Shown: positions 19,267-28,055 of the stretch, piece by piece
How the letters are laid out: the number at the start of each line of letters is the position of its first letter
Numbering within the stretch: position 1 is the first letter of the stretch
Assembly (NCBI GenBank): GCA_965279515.1
Contig: CBDIID010000003.1
Location: forward strand, 1,152,001-1,216,000
DNA from: Turneriella sp.
Lineage (GTDB): Bacteria > Spirochaetota > Leptospiria > Turneriellales > Turneriellaceae
DNA: 64,000 nt
Direction of reading: 5' to 3'
Translations under genes and position numbers: made by a program
Notes under the pieces: model-generated
What the model was told of the DNA's origin: nothing
The model's database searches: none
The model's input: only the letters and a program-made list of their open reading frames with translations

Positions 19267-19667
19267 TTGGGGCGAAACGTCTGGTCGCTGATCGCCAGCG
19301 CCTGCGCCGAAATGAGAAATTTCTGCGCGCGTTTGCCGTCTTTGGCCAGCCAACGCTGCTGGAACAATTCACCGGTGACGATGATTTCAATGCCTTTTTT
19401 CAGCATCGGCTGAAACAGATCGCCCATCTTGCCCCAGACTTCGACGTCGATGAAGTTGATGTGCGAACCTTCTTTGTCGGTCTTGCGGCGCGTTTCAAAC
19501 ATCAGCGTGAACTGAATCACCGTCTGATCTTTCACCGACTTCTTTTCGACCTCTGAGGCGATGCGGCCCGAAGCCTGCACCCAGTTCCACTGCGTCTTTT
19601 GCGGCTTTTTTTCCGTTTCCGGCTCAAACGCAACCTCTTCCTGTAACTCTTCTTCCATTGTGTTCAT
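19263..19667 (-). CDS. ssb: Single-stranded DNA-binding protein (atypical paralogue)
   Basis: N.V..SGR, FIDVEVWGK, LKKG..I.V.G.L.Q.RW..KDG; no C-terminal DDIPF-type tail. Confidence 0.8.
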   Translation of the reverse strand: MNTMEEELQEEVAFEPETEKKPQKTQWNWVQASGRIASEVEKKSVKDQTVIQFTLMFETRRKTDKEGSHINFIDVEVWGKMGDLFQPMLKKGIEIIVTGELFQQRWLAKDGKRAQKFLISAQALAISDQTFRPN

Positions 19668-19798
19668 GTTATTTTCCTTTATAGTTAAATCGAGTGGGAT
19701 CTCCCCCTCTATGTTTTAAATACCCGAAAACGCCGGTTTTTTCTCACACTTTGGAGAAAAATTCTTTACGCTTGGGGTTATCGGGATATGCCACCGCC

Positions 19799-21493
19799 AT
19801 GGCTATCCGTAAGAAAATTAAAACAGCTTCGAAACAAACCATCGTCATCATCGGCGCCGCACTCGCGGGCCCCACCGCCGCGGCGCGCGCGAGGGAAATC
19901 AATGAAAACGCCGAGATTATCCTGCTCGAACGCAATACGCGCGTCAGTTATGCCATGTCGGGGCTCGCTCTGCATCTCTCGGGCGAGGTGTCCTCGCTCG
20001 ATGACCTCAACACTGAACGTGAAGACTTTTTTCAGAAGGTGTATAACATCGACGTGCGCACCGAGACCGAAGTGGAAGAAATCGATGCTAAGAAAAAATG
20101 CGTCCATATGAAAAAGCACGGCAAAACCGCCGTCATTAACTACGACAAACTGATCTTCGCCGCAGGCGCCGCCTCGCTGCAGCCGGTTGGCGCAAAAGAG
20201 GCCGAAAATTTCCGCTTTTTCCGTACCCTCGACGATCTCGCCGCGATCAAGGCATCGCTCGCAGCCGCGCCCGCCCCAGCGGGCGCTGAGCAACGTCCTG
20301 GTGCATCAGCAAAAAAACGTTTCGTGGTCCTGGGCGGCGGCTCGATGGGCGCCGAAGCCCTCGACGGCCTTGTGCGCGGCGGTGCCGAAGTGACCCTGAT
20401 CGAGAAAAAATTCCAGTTTCTGCCAGACTATTCGCCTGAAATCGCCGCCATCGCCGCAGCTGAAACAGGTAAAAAGGCCAAAATCATTGCCGGCGTAAAA
20501 CAGTTGGATTTCCCCATGCAGGGCAAGTTGATCACCGCGGTCATCGCCGACGGCAAACGTATCGAAACAGATTTCGTGGTGTCGGCGATTGGCGTGCGTC
20601 CGCGCACCGAACTTCTCAAAAAAGCGGGAGTTAAGCTGAAGGCCGACGGCTCTATTCTGATTGATAGGGAATGCCGTACCAATGTAAAAGATATCTTTGC
20701 CTGCAGTATCTGTGTGAGCATACCCGACGGTAAGGATTCGTACTGGATTCCGCAGGCCGCGGTGTCGGACAAAACGGCGCAGGTCGCCGGTGAAAACGCC
20801 GCCGGGGGCAAGGCCCGACTCGAATTCACAACGGCCTCGCAGCTGATCCGGCTGCCGGGTACCGAGATCGGCCGCACGGGCCTCACCTGGGAGCAGGCAA
20901 TACGCAAATACGGGAAGGCTAAAATCGACCGCGTCTTCATCCACGCGCGTGACAAAGAACCCTATATGCCCGATTCTGCGCCCCTGGCCTTGCAGGTTAT
21001 CTATCTAAAGAAGAAACAGCAGCTCATCGCCCTTGAGGCAGTGGGGCAAAACATCAAGTCGCGTCTCGATGCCTTCAGCGCGGCGCTGGCGGGCTCGCTC
21101 ACACTCAAAGACCTGGCGATGCTCGACTTTGCTTACACCCCGGCATTCGGCACGGCCCGCGATGGCCTCAATGCCGTGGCGACGGTCGCCCTGCAAAAAG
21201 AATCGGGGATAACCAACATCGTCACCTATGCCGAGATCAAAGCGCAGCGGAAAAAATTCTTCGTGCTCGATGTTTCTGCAAAGCCGACGCACGCAGGTTT
21301 TCACGATCTGCACATCGCACTCGAAAACCTGCGCGCAAACCTGGACAACCTCGGAAGCAAGTTAAAGGCCGCGAAAGCCAAGCAGATTGCCTGCCTCAGC
21401 GAAACCGGGCGGCGTGGCCATCTGGCGCTGCGCATCCTGAAAAACGCAGGCTTTAAGGCCGTAAATATTTCCGGTGGTAAAAAGCAGGCATAG
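19799..21493 (+). CDS. CoA-disulfide-reductase-like flavoprotein with C-terminal rhodanese domain; catalytic cysteines absent
   Basis: IVIIGA..AG..AAARAR, YDKLIFA.G, VLGGG..G.E, IGVRP.TEL..AG, AYTPAFG, G.RG.LA.RIL..GF.A.NISGG. Likely start ATG 19799. Confidence 0.85.
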   Translation: MAIRKKIKTASKQTIVIIGAALAGPTAAARAREINENAEIILLERNTRVSYAMSGLALHLSGEVSSLDDLNTEREDFFQKVYNIDVRTETEVEEIDAKKKCVHMKKHGKTAVINYDKLIFAAGAASLQPVGAKEAENFRFFRTLDDLAAIKASLAAAPAPAGAEQRPGASAKKRFVVLGGGSMGAEALDGLVRGGAEVTLIEKKFQFLPDYSPEIAAIAAAETGKKAKIIAGVKQLDFPMQGKLITAVIADGKRIETDFVVSAIGVRPRTELLKKAGVKLKADGSILIDRECRTNVKDIFACSICVSIPDGKDSYWIPQAAVSDKTAQVAGENAAGGKARLEFTTASQLIRLPGTEIGRTGLTWEQAIRKYGKAKIDRVFIHARDKEPYMPDSAPLALQVIYLKKKQQLIALEAVGQNIKSRLDAFSAALAGSLTLKDLAMLDFAYTPAFGTARDGLNAVATVALQKESGITNIVTYAEIKAQRKKFFVLDVSAKPTHAGFHDLHIALENLRANLDNLGSKLKAAKAKQIACLSETGRRGHLALRILKNAGFKAVNISGGKKQA

Positions 21494-22998
21494 TGATGCT
21501 CCTCGGCATCGACAAATGCGCTCCGCCGGTTGAGGCAGACCGCGCACGTTTTTCCCCTGCCGCAGTCTTCGCCGCGGGTGAGCGGAATCACCACATCTCG
21601 AATACCGCCTACCCGATCGCCCACCGTGAGACCTTCTGGCCCTACCGCATAGCACGCGGTCAGCACGAAGAAACCGTGCTTTCGGCATTTCAGGGGCTCG
21701 ATGAAATCTGCCTCTATTCACATATCCCGTTCTGTGAAACCCGCTGCTACTTCTGCGAATATACCGTTGTCGGCAAAAAAGAACTCGATCAGACGCAGGC
21801 CTACATGGCCGCTTTAAACAGTGAATTGGGCATGTATGCCGAAAGGTTGGGTCCGCGCACGCTGACAGGTTTTGACATCGGTGGTGGAACTCCCTCATTT
21901 GTCGATGCCGCGCTCATCGCAGAGCATATCGCAGCCGTGAAGAAAAATTTCCGCATTGCGGAAGATTTCGCCATCAGCATAGAGACCACGCCGCGCATCG
22001 CCGCGCTCGAAGCTGATAAAATCGCCGCATACAAGGCCGCGGGCATTGACCGCATCAGCATGGGTGTGCAGGTGACACAGCCCGATCTGCTCAAACTGCT
22101 CGGCCGCGAAACAAACGGCATGGAGCACCATTTCCGGGCGGCCGAACATATCCGCGCGGCGGGATTTCAAAAGTTCAACCTCGATCTCATGTACGGCTTC
22201 GCCGACCAGTCGACAGCATCGTGGCAGCATACATTAAAGCATGCAATCCAACTGAACCCGGAGTACATCACGCTTTACCGCATGCGTTATAAGCTGACAC
22301 GCATTTCGCACCAGGCCGACCGTGTGCATATGGACCAGGTGCGCGAGCAGGCCCGCCTCGCCAAAGAGATGCTCGCCGACGCGGGCTATAAAGCCAACCC
22401 CGGCAAGAACACCTACAGCCGCGTCGCCGGCGATACCGGAACCAGCGGCTACCTGACACGCCGCGTCATCGAAGGCACTCCCTATCTGGGCCTAGGCCTC
22501 GGCGCACAGACCTTTACGCACTCGACGATCAGTTATAACAGCGGCGCGGTGGGTAAAAATCTCTCGCCCTACCTGCGCGATGTTGAAAAAGGCAAATTGC
22601 CATTGCAAGACCTCTACCACCTGCCCGCCGAACAGATGATGGCAAAGATGATCGCGGTCAGTTTTTATTTCGGCGAAATCAATCTCGCCGCATTCGAAAA
22701 GAAATTCGGCGTCGCGCTCGAAGCGGCATATCCTGAAACCACCGATTTTGTCCTGCGCGAAGGTCTGATGGAGTACCGCGAATCTGAAAATGGCCAGGAA
22801 CTGACAGGGCTCGACCGCCGTTCGCTTTCTTTAACGCCCGAAGGCGCGAAACATTTCAACGGCACGATCGCGCTGTTCTTCGCGCCGTCGGTGCAAAAAT
22901 ATCTGATCGGCCGCGATCCTTCGACTGCAGACGATATGCACGAGAACCGCGAAGCCGCACTGCGCGTTGCGCTTGCTGACGTGGAGAGGAGGTTGTGA
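21493..22998 (+). CDS. HemN-like (class C) radical SAM enzyme
   Basis: LYSHIPFCETRCYFCEY, IGGGTPS, SIETTP, DRISMGVQ, NLDLMYG, YLGLGLGA. Confidence 0.9.
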   Translation: MMLLGIDKCAPPVEADRARFSPAAVFAAGERNHHISNTAYPIAHRETFWPYRIARGQHEETVLSAFQGLDEICLYSHIPFCETRCYFCEYTVVGKKELDQTQAYMAALNSELGMYAERLGPRTLTGFDIGGGTPSFVDAALIAEHIAAVKKNFRIAEDFAISIETTPRIAALEADKIAAYKAAGIDRISMGVQVTQPDLLKLLGRETNGMEHHFRAAEHIRAAGFQKFNLDLMYGFADQSTASWQHTLKHAIQLNPEYITLYRMRYKLTRISHQADRVHMDQVREQARLAKEMLADAGYKANPGKNTYSRVAGDTGTSGYLTRRVIEGTPYLGLGLGAQTFTHSTISYNSGAVGKNLSPYLRDVEKGKLPLQDLYHLPAEQMMAKMIAVSFYFGEINLAAFEKKFGVALEAAYPETTDFVLREGLMEYRESENGQELTGLDRRSLSLTPEGAKHFNGTIALFFAPSVQKYLIGRDPSTADDMHENREAALRVALADVERRL

Positions 22999-23789
22999 AG
23001 GCTTCTTTCTCCCCCCTCTCCATGTTAATGGGGAGGGGGTCAGGGGGTGGGGTTGATTTTGCGAATATTTTGTTTGCGGGGCCATGCAACCGGTTTTGCC
23101 CATTCTGCATCGGCAACGCATTACCCGAACAGGTAAATGGGAATAACCTGAATGTTTTTCCACCGGTAAACTGGGCCGGCTTCGTCGACGAGGTTCTCCG
23201 CATGGGCATCCATGAGATTGTTTTTACCGGCACCACGACAGATCCGCATCTTTACCGATACGAAGCCGAACTGATCGCACGCGCCCGTGACGACATTCCC
23301 GGGGCGCGGCTTTCGATCCATACCAACGGCGCCTTGTCGCTGAAGAAAATGCGAACCTTCAATCTCTACGACCGCGCCTGCATCTCGTTCCCTTCTTTTA
23401 TTTCCTCAACCTACGCGCAGATGATGGGCAGCCCCCATGTGCCCGACCTGAAAATGATTTTGGCCGAAGCTGAGATCCCCGTGAAAATCAGCTGCGTCGT
23501 GAATGAGCATAATGCAGCAGAGGTGGATGGCTTTCTGGAGAGGCTCGCCGAACTCGGTGTGAAACGCGCGGTCTTGCGCCGTCTGTTCGGCGACGGCCGC
23601 GTGTGGAATATTCTGCCTGGCCGCGAAGTCGTGCGGCATTACCGGGAAAATCCAGTATTCGACGTGAACGGTATGGAGGTGACGTGGTGGAATTTTGACA
23701 CCACAACCAGCCGCAGCATCAATCTCTTTGCGGACGGGACGATTGGTTCCAGCTACCTTTTAACCGAAACCCGCGGGTTAAGAGCATAG
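22995..23789 (+). CDS. Small radical SAM protein
   Basis: GPCNRFCPFC (CxxxCxxC), IVFTG..TDP, SIHTNG; GTGA overlap with the upstream gene. Confidence 0.85.
   Translation: MKASFSPLSMLMGRGSGGGVDFANILFAGPCNRFCPFCIGNALPEQVNGNNLNVFPPVNWAGFVDEVLRMGIHEIVFTGTTTDPHLYRYEAELIARARDDIPGARLSIHTNGALSLKKMRTFNLYDRACISFPSFISSTYAQMMGSPHVPDLKMILAEAEIPVKISCVVNEHNAAEVDGFLERLAELGVKRAVLRRLFGDGRVWNILPGREVVRHYRENPVFDVNGMEVTWWNFDTTTSRSINLFADGTIGSSYLLTETRGLRA
23010..23054 (+). repeat. REP-like palindromic element, single copy, inside the 5' end of a CDS
   Basis: CCCCCTCTCCAT-GTTA-ATGGGGAGGGGG followed by TCAGGGGGTGGGGTT; same design as the copies at 38063-38139. Confidence 0.75.
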
Positions 23790-23933
23790 GCAAATACTCC
23801 TATTCGCAGATTGTCCGTCGCGCCATCGATTTCACTTTTTTTTCCCTGAATTTGTCGACAATCTGGCCTTCGTGCGTCTAATGGTTGGTTGGGTCCATGG
23901 ACAGATTTTCCTGAACCTGCGCCGGCTTACAAT

Positions 23934-26771
23934 ATGGCAAAAAATAAGTACCTGTTGCTGATTCTGGCCTTTTATTCGGTATTTTTATGTTCTTGCCGGG
24001 CCTTTGGAAATTTTTGGGAAAATAACAAAGAGCAAAAGACCACCTATGTCGATTCATCCGATGCGGTACCGCCCACGGTCCCAGGTACTCCTGCGGCCGT
24101 CAATGGTGGCTCCACACAAATTGACCTGACATGGACACCCGCATCCGACAACTTAAATCAGCCCGGCGCACTCATCTATGAAATTTGCCAGAGTCTGGGG
24201 GTGGGCGGCTGCAATACATTCACCGTCTCTTTCGTAACCGCTGCCGGCGCTACATCGTTTAATGCAACCGGTCTGAATCCTTCGACGACATATTACTACC
24301 GCGTGCGCGCGCGCGATACGGCGGGAAATCCCGGCGTAGAAACAGCAGAATTTTCGGCTGCAACTTCAGCACCGGGCACGGTCAATACCCCAACCTACAG
24401 CCCCGTAGCAGGCACCTTCGCCAGCGCACAGCTTGTCAGCATCAGTACGAGCACTCCGGGCTCTATCCTCTGTTATACTACCGATGGCGTCACAACACCT
24501 ACCTGCGACGCGATCCCGACTTGTACCGTAGGCACGACCTATGCCGCAGCACTGAATATCGCCACTACCACCACAATCAAGTCCATAGGCTGTAAAAACG
24601 GCAGCAGCGCTTCCGCCGTAGCGAACGGTGTCTTTACCATCGATACGACACCACCCACAGTGAGCGGTGTTTCATCATCGACCTCCAACGGCACACTCGG
24701 TGCAGGGCAAACGATCAGCATCCAGGTCACCTTCAACGAACTTGTCAACGTCACAGGCACGCCACAACTCACCTTGGCCACGGGATCACCGGCTACGACG
24801 ACGATCAATTATGTGTCAGGGACAGGAACTACCGTTCTGAATTTTGACTACCTAACCGCTTCCGGAAATTTCTCCCCCGATCTCGACTATGCGAATACCA
24901 CGGCGTTGAGCCTGAACGGTGGCAGTATTCAAGACGCCGCAGGCAATGCTGCCGTTCTGACGCTGGCGGCGCCCGCCGCATCGGGATCACTGGGTTTCGC
25001 TAAGAATCTCATCATCGACGGTGTCGGACCAACGGTGACGGGTGTCACGGCGAGCAACGGTAACGGTACATTTACGGTCGCTGGTGTCATCAATATCCAG
25101 GTGAACTTCAACGAAAATGTCACAGTCACCGGCACACCGCAGCTCACCTTAGCCACCGGGGCTCCCGCAACGACCGCCGTCAACTATGTGTCCGGGTCCG
25201 GAACCAGCACGCTGCTCTTTAACTACACTGTAGCTGCGGGTAATTTTTCCGCAGATCTCGACTATGCGAACGCGGCCGCGCTGGCGCTAAACGGCGGGAC
25301 AATCAACGACTCGTCAGGCAATGCCGCCGCATTAACCCTGGTGACACCTGGATTGGCCGGCTCGCTGGGCAATAGCAAGAATTTTGTAATCGATACAGGC
25401 GGGCTTACGCCCGGCGCGGCAATATCGTTCAGCGCCATTGGCGCCACAGGCCTGACCGTAAACTGGGGTGCTGCGACAGACGATATTACACCGCAGGTAG
25501 GTCTTCAATACAAGGTTGTTAAGGACAATACGGCGCTGGCCAACATTGACACGGTTGTTGAAGTCAATACCAAGACGGCTCCTGATCTTTTACAGGATTG
25601 GGCAGCGAGTATAACCAACTTTCCGGTTACGGGACTTACGGCCGCGACAACCTATCACTTCGCAGTTTTGGTACGCGACGGCGCGGGCAACATGGCGCTC
25701 TATACGCCGGCAACGCAGGCGACGGGCGGGGGCGGATTACCGAAAAGATTTCTTGTTACGGGAAACACGACAACAGCGACAACGATCTATGATTCAGGTT
25801 CTCATGGATTCGTAGCCGGACCGACGATGAGCGTAGGAGCAGCAGGTGCCGGCGGGCATTCTTTTCTCCTCACTTCAGGCGCGAACAGTGGAAAAATATT
25901 TATTATCCATGGGAATGCGGGTATGCTAACTTCTATCTATGACCAAGTAGGAAATAGCTTTATTGCCGGAGCATCTTTGCTAACAAATTCTGGCGCTGGT
26001 AGTAATTCTTTTCCAATCAGCTCGGGTCTTCATGCAGGCCAAACCTTTTTTGTCCGCGGGCAAGCAGGTGTTTATCATACTTATTTATACGACCACAGCG
26101 CAAATACCTTTACACAGTATTCGAGCGTCACCAGCTATGCTTCCGTTGCTGGGTCCCATAACTTCCTGACGCCTTCGGGCAAAACCGTAATAATTCATGG
26201 AGGTAGCCGATATTCTGGGTTATATACACCTCATGTCACGACGCCAACCTACACTGCCGGCACCGACATGCATGCATCCCTAACCGTTGCTGCTGGAGGC
26301 CATACTTTTGCTGTTACGTCCGGAACCTATAATGGTCAATTTATTGTAGTTCGCGGTGGAAGTACTAACGCCACATTTCTATACGATCCGGTCGCAAATT
26401 TATTTGCAACTGGGCCTACCCTCTCAGCCAATGTCGGCGACGGGGCACATGCGATCGATATTACCGCCGGGCCTAACGCAGGGAGAACCCTTATCATCCA
26501 TGGTAGCGCGGTGAACACAACTTCGCTCTATGATCCGGGACCGGGAACCTTCAGCGCCGGCCCCACATTGTCAGCGAATGCGGGTGCTTGTGCACATGCG
26601 TTTCAGATCAATGGGGGCGGAAATGCGGGTAAAATGCTAGTCGTCCATGGAAACAGCAGCACGACAACTTCCATGCTGGAGCCAGGTCCCGCCCCGTCAT
26701 TTGGTTTTGTTCCGGGCCCGACTCTGTCAGCGAATGCGGGCGCTGGTTGCCATTCGTTTGCGATTCCATAA
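23934..26771 (+). CDS. Large modular surface lipoprotein: FN3, chitobiase-C-like Ig, two tandem Ig-like repeats, FN3, Kelch-like beta-propeller
   Basis: Lipobox FLCSC; IDLTWTPASD..GLNPSTTYYYRVRARD; TPTYSP.AG..CYTTDG; duplicated VTFNE.V.VTGTPQLTL; repeats GPTLSA.AG.GxHxF. Confidence 0.88.
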   Translation: MAKNKYLLLILAFYSVFLCSCRAFGNFWENNKEQKTTYVDSSDAVPPTVPGTPAAVNGGSTQIDLTWTPASDNLNQPGALIYEICQSLGVGGCNTFTVSFVTAAGATSFNATGLNPSTTYYYRVRARDTAGNPGVETAEFSAATSAPGTVNTPTYSPVAGTFASAQLVSISTSTPGSILCYTTDGVTTPTCDAIPTCTVGTTYAAALNIATTTTIKSIGCKNGSSASAVANGVFTIDTTPPTVSGVSSSTSNGTLGAGQTISIQVTFNELVNVTGTPQLTLATGSPATTTINYVSGTGTTVLNFDYLTASGNFSPDLDYANTTALSLNGGSIQDAAGNAAVLTLAAPAASGSLGFAKNLIIDGVGPTVTGVTASNGNGTFTVAGVINIQVNFNENVTVTGTPQLTLATGAPATTAVNYVSGSGTSTLLFNYTVAAGNFSADLDYANAAALALNGGTINDSSGNAAALTLVTPGLAGSLGNSKNFVIDTGGLTPGAAISFSAIGATGLTVNWGAATDDITPQVGLQYKVVKDNTALANIDTVVEVNTKTAPDLLQDWAASITNFPVTGLTAATTYHFAVLVRDGAGNMALYTPATQATGGGGLPKRFLVTGNTTTATTIYDSGSHGFVAGPTMSVGAAGAGGHSFLLTSGANSGKIFIIHGNAGMLTSIYDQVGNSFIAGASLLTNSGAGSNSFPISSGLHAGQTFFVRGQAGVYHTYLYDHSANTFTQYSSVTSYASVAGSHNFLTPSGKTVIIHGGSRYSGLYTPHVTTPTYTAGTDMHASLTVAAGGHTFAVTSGTYNGQFIVVRGGSTNATFLYDPVANLFATGPTLSANVGDGAHAIDITAGPNAGRTLIIHGSAVNTTSLYDPGPGTFSAGPTLSANAGACAHAFQINGGGNAGKMLVVHGNSSTTTSMLEPGPAPSFGFVPGPTLSANAGAGCHSFAIP
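24639..25388 (+). repeat. Intragenic tandem duplication, 2 x 375 bp (125 aa)
   Basis: Units 24639-25013 and 25014-25388 share e.g. gatctcgactatgcgaa and ggcac.cc.ca.ctcacctt.gccac.gg. Confidence 0.9.
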
Positions 26772-26837
26772 ACCGCCTCAACCGTATTTTGGAGAATTTG
26801 GAAGCGTAGCGTATGCCGCGCTTCTTTTTTTGCTTGC

Positions 26838-27041
26838 CTAATTTATTTTCCGAATTTTATTGTTTCCATAATCCGCAATAAAAAGGATCACGCTGTCCGT
26901 CGCGATACCATTTTGAGTATTGAATCTGGCAGCATTCCCACTTGCGGCAACATCAACAGAAATGGAACTTCCCAGAGCTGGACCGGCAATAGTTGTGAAT
27001 ACCCCGGTCGAAATCACCATCTTGCGAATCTTATGGTTATT
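26838..27041 (-). pseudogene. C-terminal remnant of an NHL-repeat protein
   Basis: NNHKIRKMVISTGVFTTIAG...ARFNTQNGIATDSVILFIADYGNNKIRKIN*; about 1.3 repeats; upstream in-frame sequence is unrelated. Confidence 0.7.
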
Positions 27042-27218
27042 TGCGGCGGGAGCACCAATGGCAACGCCATTGCCAAGCCGTCGATTGTCGTAGAATAACC
27101 CTCAAAAAGGGCATGACCGCCGGCGTTCAGCAAAACTTAACGCAGGGCCTGCGGCCATAAAAGCCCTGTTGCGGCAACGCTGTGGTTTACGCCGTAAACC
27201 ACTCATCATCCGTGAACC

Positions 27219-28055
27219 ATGGCTAAAATCCATCCCAGCGCAATCGTCGAAAACCCCGCCAACCTCGCAGACGATGTTGTTGTTCACCCCTTCGCCTACA
27301 TCGGCCCCGATGTCAAAATTGGCCCGGGTACCGAAGTGGGTATCCGCGCCACAATAAAGAACAAAGTTACCATCGGTGCAAACAACAAAATCTTTACCGG
27401 CGCCACGATCGGCGAAAACGCGCAGGATATCCACTTTAATAATCCCCAGGCCGAGGTCATCATCGGTGACAACAACGTATTCCGCGAAACGATCACAGTA
27501 CACCAGCCGACCAAGGCCGAGACACCGACGCGCATTGGCAATGGCTGCTTCTTTATGGCCGATGCGCACGTGGCGCACGACTGCCAGTTCGGCAATAATA
27601 TCATTATGGTCAATAAGAGCGGCTGCGCCGGCCACGTGCAGGTCGGCGACGGCGCGCTGATTTCGGGCCTCGTCATGGTGCACCAGAATGTGCGCATCGG
27701 CGCCTATGCTGTTATCGGCGGTGTATCGAAGGCCACGCGCGATGTGTTGCCCTATACCATGAACAATGGTAATCCTGCTCTCGCCTTCGGCCTCAACATC
27801 GTCGGTCTCAAACGCTCAGGCATGTCGCCGGCCGAACGTTCGGCGATCAAGCAGGCATTCCAGATCTTCTACCTGAAAGATCTCGCGACCACGAAGGCGA
27901 TCGAGGCGATACAGCAAGAGCTGGTACCCTCGCTGCCCGAAGGTTCTGCCGAGCGTAAGCGCATCGAATACCTCGCCGAATGGCTCAAATCATCGAAGCG
28001 CGGTTTTACTTTTCACTCCTCTAAGAAAGGGGAAGTCGAAGAAGAAATCGAATGA
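27219..28055 (+). CDS. lpxA: Acyl-ACP--UDP-GlcNAc(3N) acyltransferase
   Basis: IHPSAIV hexapeptide repeats, [31 protein letters not shown]. Confidence 0.93.
   Translation: MAKIHPSAIVENPANLADDVVVHPFAYIGPDVKIGPGTEVGIRATIKNKVTIGANNKIFTGATIGENAQDIHFNNPQAEVIIGDNNVFRETITVHQPTKAETPTRIGNGCFFMADAHVAHDCQFGNNIIMVNKSGCAGHVQVGDGALISGLVMVHQNVRIGAYAVIGGVSKATRDVLPYTMNNGNPALAFGLNIVGLKRSGMSPAERSAIKQAFQIFYLKDLATTKAIEAIQQELVPSLPEGSAERKRIEYLAEWLKSSKRGFTFHSSKKGEVEEEIE

Noticed and set aside
21493..22998. Bona fide hemN (heme biosynthesis)
   Set aside because: Lacks the HemN N-terminal GPRYTSYP motif and heme gene context.
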